From positions 5,350 through 69,349 of the forward strand of contig CAZPGQ010000001.1 in the NCBI GenBank assembly GCA_964586695.1: a stretch of 64,000 bases of DNA, given 5' to 3'. This DNA comes from an uncultured Candidatus Saccharibacteria bacterium (GTDB taxonomy: Bacteria > Patescibacteriota > Minisyncoccia > Phycocordibacterales > DATDWN01). The position numbers and the translations under genes were made by a program. Below, in pieces: positions 18,762-28,392 of this stretch; position 1 is the stretch's first letter, and each line of letters starts with the position of its first letter. The notes beneath the pieces are model-generated. The model was given only the letters and a program-made list of their open reading frames with translations. It searched no databases and was not told the origin of the DNA.

Positions 18762-19574
18762 ATGAGCATTCTGAATCGTACGGCCATTGTGGCCATGATT
18801 GTGTTCTTTGTAATGAGTTCGTCGTCTTTTGCTCAGGGCAAGTCTCCGGAGCAGGTCAGGGCGGAAAAGGCTGCCGCAGTTTTCGTCGCGGCAGTCGACG
18901 CTGCAGCAGCACAGACTGTCTCTGACAAGAAATCGGACAAGAAGAAGGAGACGGAGGCAGAGATGTTTGTTCGTCTCTCAACCCCAGTCGAAGGAGAGAG
19001 TGAGATGGACACGCGAAAGCGTGAACGCGCACTCAAGATCCTTCTCGACAACCGTGAGAAGGAGGCCACCAAGAGGAGGCAGAAATCCCTCTCTCTTGTC
19101 GAGCGTCAGGCCGCAGCCCAGGTTGAGGACGATGTCAAGAGGGAGGCCAAGGAAGACAAGAAGGCCTCCGACAGGCGTAGCATGCTCGGCCTTTCCTGTG
19201 GAAGGGATGAGGAAGGCGAACTCATCCCCACCGACAGTGTCGAGGTAAGTGATGACGCTGTTCAAGACTACCATAGAGACGTTCACTCGCGTCTCGTGGT
19301 GGTCAACCGGACACCGTTTGCCGTCGACGAGATTCGTCTCGTTGCTGGTAGGGGTGAGTCCGTGCAGGTCAAGAACCTGTGCCCGAACGGAAGGCTGAAC
19401 CTGATCCAATGGATCGGGTGGAGTATGAATACGTACGTTGAGTACGTGGCCACGATCCGAGATGGTTCTGGTCGGGTCAGCCTTTCCTACTCACCCCGGA
19501 TCAACTTGCAAGCTTGTCAGTTTGCAATGTGCCAGAGAGAATTCTCTGGCGTCTGGGAGATACAAGCAAGGTGA
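18762..19574 (+). CDS. GC-rich secreted hypothetical protein
   Basis: TAAGGAGG 6 nt before ATG 18762; Sec-type signal ending SFA; charged helical middle, Cys-containing beta-rich C-terminus. Confidence 0.75.
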   Translation: MSILNRTAIVAMIVFFVMSSSSFAQGKSPEQVRAEKAAAVFVAAVDAAAAQTVSDKKSDKKKETEAEMFVRLSTPVEGESEMDTRKRERALKILLDNREKEATKRRQKSLSLVERQAAAQVEDDVKREAKEDKKASDRRSMLGLSCGRDEEGELIPTDSVEVSDDAVQDYHRDVHSRLVVVNRTPFAVDEIRLVAGRGESVQVKNLCPNGRLNLIQWIGWSMNTYVEYVATIRDGSGRVSLSYSPRINLQACQFAMCQREFSGVWEIQAR

Positions 19575-19597
19575 GTGTCTCCCGAAAACAAGCACAC

Positions 19598-19646
19598 CCC
19601 GCGGGATTGTCCCGCGGGTAGGGGTCAGCAGATGCTGGCCTTTTTT
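19598..19646 (+). terminator. Tandem hairpins/terminator
   Basis: CCCGCGGGA/TCCCGCGGG then GGTCAGCA/TGCTGGCC + T6. Confidence 0.65.
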
Positions 19647-19684
19647 CATACTCAAATATTTAAAATATGTTAATATCCAAACAA

Positions 19685-20122
19685 ATGAAATACATTTCAA
19701 ACTCGCTCGAAGAGACACAGAAAATCGCAGATGATTTTATAAAAAACATTTCACCAAAAAGTGACACGGCTTTTGTTGTTGGTTTGTCTGGAAATCTTGG
19801 CGCTGGCAAAACGGCTTTTACAAAATGCATTGCAAAAAGTCTTGGCGTTGAAGAAACAGTAACTAGTCCAACTTTTGTTATAGAAAAAATATACGAATTA
19901 GAGAACCAAAAGTTTTCTCATCTTATTCATATTGATGCATATAGGTTAGAAAGTGGGGAGGAGCTACTTAACCTTGGTTGGCAGAGGATAATTTCAGATC
20001 CAAAAAATATGATACTTATTGAATGGCCAGAAAAAGTCTCTAGTGTTATGCCAGAGCACACAAAAATGAGTCTAAAGGCTCTAGAAGTAGTTGGAAGTCA
20101 TGAGATAGAGATAGTTGAGTAA
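19685..20122 (+). CDS. tsaE: t6A biosynthesis ATPase TsaE
   Basis: LSGNLGAGKT, VTSPTF, HIDAYRL, IEWPE. Confidence 0.95.
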   Translation: MKYISNSLEETQKIADDFIKNISPKSDTAFVVGLSGNLGAGKTAFTKCIAKSLGVEETVTSPTFVIEKIYELENQKFSHLIHIDAYRLESGEELLNLGWQRIISDPKNMILIEWPEKVSSVMPEHTKMSLKALEVVGSHEIEIVE

Positions 20123-20144
20123 AATGTTATAATGCTAGAGTAAT

Positions 20145-20268
20145 AAAAACTTCTTTCTCAACATATCCTTTTTGGAGCACGCATAATTTGGGGGCTCCAA
20201 ATTTGCTCGCTCTCGGCTCGACAGCCTCCGAGAGTCTCCAAAAAGAATATGATTTCGAAGAAGTTTTA
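20145..20268. repeat. ~120-nt branched palindrome in polA 5' region
   Basis: AAAACTTCTT/AAGAAGTTTT outer stem, TTTTTGGAG/CTCCAAAAA, two inner hairpins. Confidence 0.65.
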
Positions 20269-20273
20269 AGCAT

Positions 20274-22631
20274 ATGGCTAAAACAAAATCTCAAAAAACA
20301 CTTGTCCTTTTAGATGTGCATGCAATATTGCATAGGGCATATCACGCACTTCCAGAATTTGAGTCTAGTAAGGGTGAACCAACAGGGGCACTATATGGTC
20401 TTGGAACTTTTTTGATAAAACTCGTTAAGGATTTGAAGCCAGATTATATTATCGCTTGTTATGACTTACCGGGTGGAACTATGCGACATGAAGTCTACAA
20501 AGACTACAAAGCGGGCCGAAAGAAAATAGATGATGCTTTGGTTGTTCAACTTGAAAGATCAAAAGATGTTTTTAAGGCATTAAATATTCCGATGTATTCA
20601 TCTCCAGGTTTCGAGGCAGACGATATGCTTGGAACAATAGTAGAAAATCTGAAAGACAATAAAGAAATAAATGTTGTTATTGCTTCTGGCGATATGGATA
20701 CAATGCAACTTATAAACGATGACAAAGTTACTGTTTATACTTTGAAAAAGGGGATCAAAGACACTATTATTTACAACGAGGAAGCTGTGAAAGAGCGTTT
20801 TGGTTTTGGTCCGGAACATTTGACTGATTATAAAGGTTTAAGAGGTGATACGTCTGACAATATTATTGGTATAAAAGGTATCGGTGAAAAAACAGCCGAG
20901 GAACTTATTGTAAACTTTGGTTCGATAGAAGATATATATAAGAAACTAAAAAAAGACGAGGAGGCTTTTCTAAAAGCGGGTATAAAGAAAAGAATCATTC
21001 AACTTTTAAAGGACGGCGAAGAGGAAGCTTTGTTTTCAAAAACTCTTGCCACAATACGTCGTGACGCACCGATACATTTTGTTGTGCCAGAAAAAGTTTG
21101 GCGAGAAGATGTCGATATGAAGAAAGTTCAGGAACTTTTTGTGGAGTTTGAGTTCAGAACACTCGCGGGAAAGTTTGCAGAAGTTCTGTCTATTGATATG
21201 CCAGAGGAACTAAGCATTTCAGCTAGTCCAGAGGAAATTCGGGAGATAGGCCTTTTGCTTTGGACTGTGGATTCCAACAAAACAACACCGACTCTGGAGG
21301 ATATTTTGTCATACACGAGAGCAAATAACATTTCAGACGCAAGGAAGTACTTGGAGAAAATGATAAAGGATCAAGATCTATCTTTTGTTGTAGATAGTAT
21401 AGAGATGCCACTTTTGCCTATATGTCAGAGGATGACAGAAATAGGAATAAAGATAGATGTAAAAAGGTTAGAGGAGTTGTCTGTAAAATATCACAAAGAA
21501 CTTTCAAGTTTAGAAAAACAGATTTGGAAAATAGTTGGGGAAGAATTTAATATTGCTTCACCAAAACAGCTTGGGGAAATGTTGTTTGTGAAGATGGGAT
21601 TGAAAGCGAAAAACCAAAAGAAAACAGCAAGTGGGGGATTTTCTACAAAAGAGTCAGAACTTGAAAAATTAAAAGACGAACATCCTATTGCTGGACTTAT
21701 TTTGGAATACAGAGAATTAGCAAAACTTTTGGGAACTTATATCGATACCATTCCAAAACTAGTTGATGCAAATAACAGGCTACATTCAGAGTTTCTACAA
21801 GCAGGAAGTGCAACCGGTAGAATGGCGAGTCAAAACCCTGGAATACAAAACATTCCAAATAGAACAGAACTAGGTCGTGAAATACGAAAGTCTTTTATTG
21901 CAGAAAAGGGTTATAAGCTGGTTACTTTTGACTATTCACAGATAGAGCTTCGTATCGCAGCTTTTTTGTCAGGGGATAAAAAACTCATAGAAATTTTCAA
22001 AGAAGGCTTGGATGTTCACACTGCTGTAGCTTGTGAAGTTTTTGGTGTAGATCCAAAAGATGTGACAAAAGAAATGCGTAGCAAGGCAAAAACTATAAAC
22101 TTTGGTGTTATGTATGGTATGGGAGTCACAGCACTCCAGAAAAATATTGGAACGAATAGGGAGGAGGCTCAACAGTTTTTAGATGGATACTTTAACAAAT
22201 TTTCTGGTCTTGCAGAGTATCTAGAAAGAGTAAAAAGAGAGACTGCTCAAAAAGGTTATACAGAAACTTTCTTTGGAAGACGACGATATTTCCCAGACAT
22301 ACATTCCAAACTTCCTTTCATGAAAGCTTCTGCAGAACGTATGGCTATTAACGCACCTATACAGGGGACAGAGGCAGATATAATAAAGCTTGCGATGGTG
22401 GAGATAGATAAATATTTGGAGAGTAATGGACTTCGTGATGACGTGCGAATGCTACTTCAGGTTCACGACGAGTTGGTATTCGAAATAAAAGAAAAGTTGG
22501 TAGAGGTTGTTGCTCCAGAGATAAAGAGGATGATGGAGGAAGTAATAGATACAAAGAAAACATCGGGGATAGTTATGCTGACAGAGTGTTCTGCGGGTGA
22601 TAATTGGGTGGAAACTAAAAAAGTATTATAA
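20274..22631 (+). CDS. polA: DNA polymerase I (compact)
   Basis: 5'-3' exonuclease motifs (EADD, GDTSDNIIGIKGIG); polymerase motifs DYSQIELR, KTINFGVMYG, QVHDEL. Confidence 0.95.
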   Translation: MAKTKSQKTLVLLDVHAILHRAYHALPEFESSKGEPTGALYGLGTFLIKLVKDLKPDYIIACYDLPGGTMRHEVYKDYKAGRKKIDDALVVQLERSKDVFKALNIPMYSSPGFEADDMLGTIVENLKDNKEINVVIASGDMDTMQLINDDKVTVYTLKKGIKDTIIYNEEAVKERFGFGPEHLTDYKGLRGDTSDNIIGIKGIGEKTAEELIVNFGSIEDIYKKLKKDEEAFLKAGIKKRIIQLLKDGEEEALFSKTLATIRRDAPIHFVVPEKVWREDVDMKKVQELFVEFEFRTLAGKFAEVLSIDMPEELSISASPEEIREIGLLLWTVDSNKTTPTLEDILSYTRANNISDARKYLEKMIKDQDLSFVVDSIEMPLLPICQRMTEIGIKIDVKRLEELSVKYHKELSSLEKQIWKIVGEEFNIASPKQLGEMLFVKMGLKAKNQKKTASGGFSTKESELEKLKDEHPIAGLILEYRELAKLLGTYIDTIPKLVDANNRLHSEFLQAGSATGRMASQNPGIQNIPNRTELGREIRKSFIAEKGYKLVTFDYSQIELRIAAFLSGDKKLIEIFKEGLDVHTAVACEVFGVDPKDVTKEMRSKAKTINFGVMYGMGVTALQKNIGTNREEAQQFLDGYFNKFSGLAEYLERVKRETAQKGYTETFFGRRRYFPDIHSKLPFMKASAERMAINAPIQGTEADIIKLAMVEIDKYLESNGLRDDVRMLLQVHDELVFEIKEKLVEVVAPEIKRMMEEVIDTKKTSGIVMLTECSAGDNWVETKKVL

Positions 22632-22639
22632 AATATTTT

Positions 22640-23218
22640 ATGAAAATTGGAATCACACTAACATCTTCATTGTCTATTGGTCAGGAATATATAAATTTAA
22701 CACGCATGGTAGCTGAAATTTTGGCAAAGAATAATTTCAGTATTATTTATGGCGGTACTGATTATGGAATGATGGGAGAACTAGCAGAGGCATATAAGGC
22801 TGCTGGGGGTAAGGAATTAATTGGTATTATGTCAAAAGAGTTGCAGGGTGTTACAAAAAATTATAAAACATATTCAAAACTTGATGTTGCAATATGGGAA
22901 GATAGAATAATTGAAAGAATTGGAAAAATAAACGATCTGGCAGAGGGTTTCATTATTCTCCCTGGAGGGTACGGTACTCTTGAAGAAATGATGAGTATCG
23001 TTAGTGGTAAGGCCAATAAATTGCATAATAAACCGATTGTAATTTTGGATTTCAATGGTTTTTATAAGACATTTATTTCTTTTATGGATGAGATGCGTGA
23101 AAAAAAATTTAGCAAGATCAATGTTAAAGAATTAGTGCATATTTGCGAATCTATAGATGATGTTGTTGATTATTTTGAATCCTACAAAGAAGTGCCTCTG
23201 CCAGATAAGTTTGTATAA
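22640..23218 (+). CDS. LOG family protein (nucleotide phosphoribohydrolase-like)
   Basis: YGG..GMMG, PGGYGTLEE. Confidence 0.85.
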   Translation: MKIGITLTSSLSIGQEYINLTRMVAEILAKNNFSIIYGGTDYGMMGELAEAYKAAGGKELIGIMSKELQGVTKNYKTYSKLDVAIWEDRIIERIGKINDLAEGFIILPGGYGTLEEMMSIVSGKANKLHNKPIVILDFNGFYKTFISFMDEMREKKFSKINVKELVHICESIDDVVDYFESYKEVPLPDKFV

Positions 23219-23227
23219 TTAGATCAT

Positions 23228-23941
23228 ATGTTGTACGTAATTTACGGAACCGATACTCATAAGGCCAGAGCAAAACTTCATGATCTTTTGGATTTGGCAA
23301 AGAAAAAAAGACCAGAAGCTGAGCTTTTTAAACTCACAACAGAAAACTGGAGTGAGGGTCAGTTTGATGAACTTCTTGTTGCTCAGGGTTTGTTTGAGCA
23401 GAAATACACTACTGTTTTAGATAATCTTTTTGAAAAAAAGGACATAAAGAGTTATGTAATGGAGAGACTCGAGGGGATGAAAGAATCAGAGCAAATTTTC
23501 TTAATGCTTGAGTCATCTATTGATGCTGCTAGTTTGAAAAAGTTAGCGAAGTTTTCCGAGAAAGTTCAGGTGTTCGAAAAAGTTGAAAATAAAAAACCAA
23601 GTTTAAATATTTTTTCTATCACAGATGGTTTGGTGCAGAAAGATAAAAAGAAACTCTGGATTTCATATGTTGATTTACTAGGTAATGGTGCTGTGGCGGA
23701 GGAAATACACGGAATACTTTTTTGGCAGGTAAAAAATATGATACTAGCTAGCAGAGCGGGAAGTGCAACAGAAACAGGACTTTCACCTTTTGTTTACAAA
23801 AATGCTTTGACTGGTGCTAGGAATTACAAAAATGAAGACTTACAAAAAATGTCTAGCGATTTGGTGGATATGACTCACAGAGTGAGACAAGGAAAAGGTG
23901 ATCTAGAGGTGATGATGGAAAAGTGGGTTTTGGGGCTGTAG
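23228..23941 (+). CDS. holA: DNA polymerase III delta subunit-like
   Basis: LYVIYGTD N-terminus, GLF motif, HolA-like size and C-terminus. Confidence 0.7.
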   Translation: MLYVIYGTDTHKARAKLHDLLDLAKKKRPEAELFKLTTENWSEGQFDELLVAQGLFEQKYTTVLDNLFEKKDIKSYVMERLEGMKESEQIFLMLESSIDAASLKKLAKFSEKVQVFEKVENKKPSLNIFSITDGLVQKDKKKLWISYVDLLGNGAVAEEIHGILFWQVKNMILASRAGSATETGLSPFVYKNALTGARNYKNEDLQKMSSDLVDMTHRVRQGKGDLEVMMEKWVLGL

Positions 23942-23942
23942 G

Positions 23943-24488
23943 CTAGTAGTTCTTTGGTGGTAATGCAATTTGTTTTGAACTAGCGCAGGTATTGTTTTTC
24001 TGGGTAATTTTTTCTCCACCAAATACTAATAATGCAACAGTTATGCATACTAGGAAAATGTATTTATTAAAGTTCCCAATAAACAGTAGTATAAAAGCTA
24101 TAGTTGGCAGAAAGAAAAGTACCAATGAAACGTAGTCCGTATAGACAAGTATTTGAGCAAGAATATTTAAGTATGGTATGTATGAAATTATTTGAAAAGC
24201 AGCTACAAACGTCATTATCCACAGAGATATTTTTGTAAGCAAATTTACTTTTTCCGGCTTGTCAGATAAGTAAATAAACACTAAAGCAACATATAGGAAC
24301 ATAAATGGAGTGAAGATTCTCATGAATGTTGAAAAAGAATACAAGAGGTTGTCTGATGAAAAGGTGGAGGTGAATGAGCAGTATTCTTGGGGTATAACTA
24401 TTGAGTATATAGTTGAATATAACGTAGTTAAAATTGGAATCAATAATACAGCAGCGGGTATAATAAATTTAAATTTTTGAATGTTCAT
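23943..24488 (-). CDS. Hypothetical membrane protein
   Basis: Several TM helices. Confidence 0.6.
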   Translation of the reverse strand: MNIQKFKFIIPAAVLLIPILTTLYSTIYSIVIPQEYCSFTSTFSSDNLLYSFSTFMRIFTPFMFLYVALVFIYLSDKPEKVNLLTKISLWIMTFVAAFQIISYIPYLNILAQILVYTDYVSLVLFFLPTIAFILLFIGNFNKYIFLVCITVALLVFGGEKITQKNNTCASSKQIALPPKNY

Positions 24489-24630
24489 ATTAAGTAAATT
24501 GTAACACACTAAAATTACTTATAAAATAGAAATGGCCGTTTTGATATTGGACTTTTGCTATTTTTCTGTTATATTTCAAAGGTGCTTATTGTCTTGATAG
24601 CTTTAAGAAGTTTAATTTTCCAAGGCAGAT

Positions 24631-24706
24631 GCGCCCATAACTCAGCTGGTAGAGTAGCTCCCTTTTAAGGAGAAAGTCGCAGGTTCGATCCCTGCTGGGC
24701 GCACCA
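24631..24706 (+). tRNA. tRNA-Lys(TTT), CCA encoded
   Basis: Cloverleaf GCGCCCA/TGGGCGC, loop CTTTTAA, TTCGATC. Confidence 0.95.
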
Positions 24707-24863
24707 ATTAAAAAATCCCTGTAATGGGGATTTTTTAATTGGTGCGCCACAGAGAAAAGTCTGGGAGACTTTTCGTCGGGGATCGAAAACCTTTGATAGT
24801 TTTTTATTTAAAAACAGAAAAGGTGTACCGTTCCCGTAGGGAAAGATCCCTGCTGGGCGTACA
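24707..24863 (+). repeat. tRNA-3'-associated element (Lys copy)
   Basis: Split antisense of tRNA 3' end, scaffold shared with 35086-35243, sense copy GATCCCTGCTGGGCGTACA. Confidence 0.8.
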
Positions 24864-25010
24864 TGTTTGAGTCGGAGTACGATGTTGCGAGTACGGCTCA
24901 AAAGTAATTTTAGCAAAAAATTACTTTTGGGACATGACGAAAATTAAATTTTCCGAATCGCATAGTTTCTACGGTGGGGTAATTAATTTAGTGTGCCTAG
25001 TTGTTTCAAC

Positions 25011-25571
25011 CTATTTTCTAAATAGATTTATTAATCTATCAAAGATAGCTATTAACATAAATAAAATACCAAGAGGAATACCAATAACTTCTGCTATGTC
25101 CCAAAAATCATTCCTAACCATGTACTGTGGTAGCAAAAACAAAATAAGTCCAATAGTCATAAAAATTACTGTTTTTAGATAGTTTGATTTTGGTCTATCT
25201 ACATATGCTGTGGTTATTTGATTGGTGTTTTGGTTTATTCTTGCTTTTTTCTTAAAATAAAACCCGAACCCAAATAATATTGAAGAACCAGCCAAAAAAA
25301 CAGGATAAAGTATCATTACAAAGAATAGTTCCATATCGTCTATACCTTTTGGTATTAGTGGGGCTAGGTATAAAATAGGTGAAAATAAAAAGATGATAGG
25401 TAAAAGTTTTGAATTAGAATCAGTAAGATTAACTTTAAATATTATTATTGAAGGAATGGCCCAACATAAAATTAAAAATAACCAGTTGTTTTCTCTGAAT
25501 AAAAATAATGGAGCAAAAATAGATGCTGTTGCTATAGATAAAAATATTGCAGCTAATTCATTATTTTTCAT
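25011..25571 (-). CDS. Hypothetical membrane protein
   Basis: Multi-TM ORF; ATG at 25571 follows the stop of the upstream gene. Confidence 0.6.
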   Translation of the reverse strand: MKNNELAAIFLSIATASIFAPLFLFRENNWLFLILCWAIPSIIIFKVNLTDSNSKLLPIIFLFSPILYLAPLIPKGIDDMELFFVMILYPVFLAGSSILFGFGFYFKKKARINQNTNQITTAYVDRPKSNYLKTVIFMTIGLILFLLPQYMVRNDFWDIAEVIGIPLGILFMLIAIFDRLINLFRK

Positions 25572-25575
25572 GTAT

Positions 25576-25932
25576 TTACAGTGGATAGTCAATCGCAAAT
25601 GTTCCGGGTCCCGTAAGAAGTAGGGAAAGTAGAATAATTCCAGCAAACCAGTAGATCATCATCTTGTCATTTGTAGTAGGAGAAACTTTTCGGTTTGTCC
25701 AGAAGTCGAGTACTGTGCAAACAATAGCTATCAGAACTACACCTTGTGTGTAAGCCCCAACAAATAACATTACTCCAAAAAGTATCTGTGGTATTGCGAG
25801 CCACATTTTATTCTGTGTTTTAAGTGTTTTCCATCCGTTGCTTAGTAGAAAATAACTAACAACAAGTCGAAGTAATAGGGGAGCAAAAAGTCCAAAAGTT
25901 AATAATGATGGAAATAATGAAAGTGTATGCAT
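25576..25932 (-). CDS. DoxX-like membrane protein
   Basis: LLLRL..., GAYTQ, LLTGPG.FAID C-terminus. Confidence 0.65.
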   Translation of the reverse strand: MHTLSLFPSLLTFGLFAPLLLRLVVSYFLLSNGWKTLKTQNKMWLAIPQILFGVMLFVGAYTQGVVLIAIVCTVLDFWTNRKVSPTTNDKMMIYWFAGIILLSLLLTGPGTFAIDYPL

Positions 25933-25960
25933 ATCTCAATTATATGGTATATTGCCGGAT

Positions 25961-26452
25961 ATGACAAAAGGGAAGACTGTAGAAAAAGAGATTGCTGTTT
26001 TGCTTCACGACATACGTTCAACACATAACGTGGGCTCTATTTTCCGCACAGCAGATACACTCGGAATAAATAAAATATACATTTCGGGTTACACTCCGAC
26101 TCCATTGGATAAGTTTAGTCGACCAAGAAAAGACATAGCTAAAGTGGCACTGGGTGCAGAGAAAACTATTTCTTGGGAGTATATAGATGATCCAAAAAAA
26201 CTTTTGAAAAAGTTAAGTAAAGAAGGTTTCCAGATTATTGGCGTAGAGCAGTCAGAAGATTCTGTTGATTATAAAAAAGTAAAAATAGAAAACAAAGTTT
26301 TGTTTATTGTTGGAAATGAAGTTTCGGGGATGGAAAAAGATATGCTTAAACTTTGTGATGTAGTAGCAGAGATACCACAAAGAGGGGAAAAGGAATCGCT
26401 GAATGTTTCCGTGGCTTTTGGTGTTGCTTTGTTCAGAATGCTTAATTTATAA
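25961..26452 (+). CDS. TrmH/SpoU family RNA methyltransferase
   Basis: DIRSTHNVGSIFRTAD, VGNEVSG, IPQRGEKESLNVSVA. Confidence 0.9.
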   Translation: MTKGKTVEKEIAVLLHDIRSTHNVGSIFRTADTLGINKIYISGYTPTPLDKFSRPRKDIAKVALGAEKTISWEYIDDPKKLLKKLSKEGFQIIGVEQSEDSVDYKKVKIENKVLFIVGNEVSGMEKDMLKLCDVVAEIPQRGEKESLNVSVAFGVALFRMLNL

Positions 26453-26572
26453 ACCCTTAAATCTGGATGAAGTTCGAGGAAAAATGAGAAAATGCGAGGA
26501 GCCTTACTCAGATGTAAGGTGACGAGAATTTTTGAAATTTTGACAATGAAATTCGCCAGATTTAGGCGTTTA
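26450..26572 (-). repeat. Stop-codon-anchored palindrome, copy 3 (reverse orientation)
   Basis: Reverse complement reads AAATCTGGCGAATTTC...TCGTCACCTTA...TAAGGCTCCTC...TTCATCCAGATT; fills the whole gap between convergent stops. Confidence 0.8.
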
Positions 26573-26573
26573 T

Positions 26574-27470
26574 CTAGTACTTATATTCATCTACTATCTT
26601 TCCTTCTTCATCTAGGAGAACAATATCTTCTCTAGAATTTTTCCACAAAGTCTCGCTTCTCTTTAGGAAAATTCTCCATTCATTCTGATAAAAATCCTTA
26701 TCATTTTTGTGTGTATCTACACAAGCGGGGTAGTTAATTTTTTTGTAAATAAAGTCTGTGCACTCTACGCTCCACTTTGATGATCCTGCTGGTAGTGGGT
26801 CTGTTTGTGTTTTGCATGAAGACATTGAATCTATAAAATCAAAACAGGAATCATTGTAGCCAGTTCTTGGTATGTTTGAAATATTTTCTTTGCTCGGTGA
26901 AGGACAGTATCCACCAATATAAGGTGTAAAAGTTTGAAATTGGTTTAAGTAGCCAGAACATTTGTTCAGTTTGAAATTGACTCCGTTCGGTGATATTCCT
27001 GTGTTTATATATATAGTATCATTAGCTGACATATAGATATCTTGTTCTGGGTTAACTGTTCCAGCAAAAAATAAATACGTACCTTGTGGTATTTTTACAC
27101 TGTTTCCAGTTGAACGACTTTTTAATGTCCAGCCAGTTATTTTTACAGGAGATTTCAAGCTGTTGTTTGATCGTATAACTGCATATTCTTGTGAAGCTTG
27201 GTTGCCTCGGGTTATATAGGATAAATCAATTATATCTTTGTACTTTGACTCGTATTTTTTTGCTTCCTCTGCTGAGACTTGTTTTTTAAGTTCTTCAACC
27301 TTGTATTGAGTATCATTTATCTGTCTTTGAATGTCAGCTTGTTTCTGTTCTGGGGTAACTGGTCCAACTGAGAAAAGTCCACCACCATTGGTGCCTTTTG
27401 ACCCGCCATACATTAATACAGCAAGTATTACTAATATAACCACCATACCCGTGTTACTGTCTTTTCCCAT
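26574..27470 (-). CDS. Exported Cys-rich hypothetical protein (lamin-tail-like)
   Basis: N-terminal TM; EYAVI..N...V.ITGWTL, I.L.D..G..VD.Y.Y pattern. Confidence 0.65.
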   Translation of the reverse strand: MGKDSNTGMVVILVILAVLMYGGSKGTNGGGLFSVGPVTPEQKQADIQRQINDTQYKVEELKKQVSAEEAKKYESKYKDIIDLSYITRGNQASQEYAVIRSNNSLKSPVKITGWTLKSRSTGNSVKIPQGTYLFFAGTVNPEQDIYMSANDTIYINTGISPNGVNFKLNKCSGYLNQFQTFTPYIGGYCPSPSKENISNIPRTGYNDSCFDFIDSMSSCKTQTDPLPAGSSKWSVECTDFIYKKINYPACVDTHKNDKDFYQNEWRIFLKRSETLWKNSREDIVLLDEEGKIVDEYKY

Positions 27471-27489
27471 ACGTATATTCTACTACAAA

Positions 27490-28389
27490 TTATTTCTGAT
27501 GCGTATCGCAAAAGTGACTACTTCTTCCACCTATAATTTTTCTATTTATAATTCCGCCACAGTTTTTCTTCAGACATTTCTGACCTGTTCTCCTGTAAAC
27601 TTTGTGTGCGTTTTGAAAGTTTCCTTTTTCACCATAAACATTTCTGTAGTCCGACATAGAGTCACCACCCATTGTTATGGAATGTTCTAGTATTTCTATT
27701 GTGGCTTTCCAGATATCTTTTATTTCTTTTGCGGTCAAACTTTTTGGAGTTCTTTCTGGGTGGACATTTGCTGTCCAAAGTATTTCGTCAGAATATATAT
27801 TTCCTATTCCAGCTACAACACCTTGGTCCATTAGAACAGTTTTAATATCCCAGTTTGGTTTTGTTAGGATCTGTTTTTCCAAAGTTTCTTTTGAAAGACT
27901 GTCGAGAGGTTCTGGGCCAAGTCCAACTAGGTCAATATGAGATTCTTTTTTATCGGTCTCAAACATTAAAACTTTTGCGAACTTTCTCATGTCAGAAAAA
28001 GCTAGCGACTTTCCATTTGAAAGGTTGAAAATAAGGTGCACGAACTGGTTGAATGAATCAGAGAGTCGGGGATCTTCTGTAACCCACTTTTTACCGTTCC
28101 AACTGTAGTTTCCATATAGTAGGTGCCCAGTCATTTTCATATGGATTAGGACAGTTTTATTGTTAGTAAAATGTATCAAAACATTCTTACCTCTTCTTTC
28201 TGAGTTAATAAACTTTTCACCAACTAATTCCTTTTTGAATTTCTCAAAATATTTTTTGTTCTTTATGTTATCAGTTCTCTTGTTTGCCGTTTTTATAAAA
28301 TAGTCAGACCACACATCCTTTATAGAAAGTTTTTTCATGACTTCATTCAGTCCATTTACAGTAGTTGTTACTTCTGGTAATTCAGGCAT
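27490..28389 (-). CDS. mutM: Formamidopyrimidine-DNA glycosylase
   Basis: MPELPEV, RRGK, HMKMTG, AGIGNIYSDE, C-terminal zinc finger. Confidence 0.95.
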   Translation of the reverse strand: MPELPEVTTTVNGLNEVMKKLSIKDVWSDYFIKTANKRTDNIKNKKYFEKFKKELVGEKFINSERRGKNVLIHFTNNKTVLIHMKMTGHLLYGNYSWNGKKWVTEDPRLSDSFNQFVHLIFNLSNGKSLAFSDMRKFAKVLMFETDKKESHIDLVGLGPEPLDSLSKETLEKQILTKPNWDIKTVLMDQGVVAGIGNIYSDEILWTANVHPERTPKSLTAKEIKDIWKATIEILEHSITMGGDSMSDYRNVYGEKGNFQNAHKVYRRTGQKCLKKNCGGIINRKIIGGRSSHFCDTHQK

Positions 28390-28392
28390 GGA

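Noticed and set aside
18829-19409. Overlapping alternative-frame ORFs in GC-rich cassettes (also 40856-41698)
   Set aside because: Expected from high GC; only the SD-led signal-peptide frame is supported.
24845-24863. attR of a prophage or integrative island at tRNA-Lys
   Set aside because: The duplicate lies only ~140 nt from the tRNA with no integrase; it is treated as part of the tRNA-tail element.
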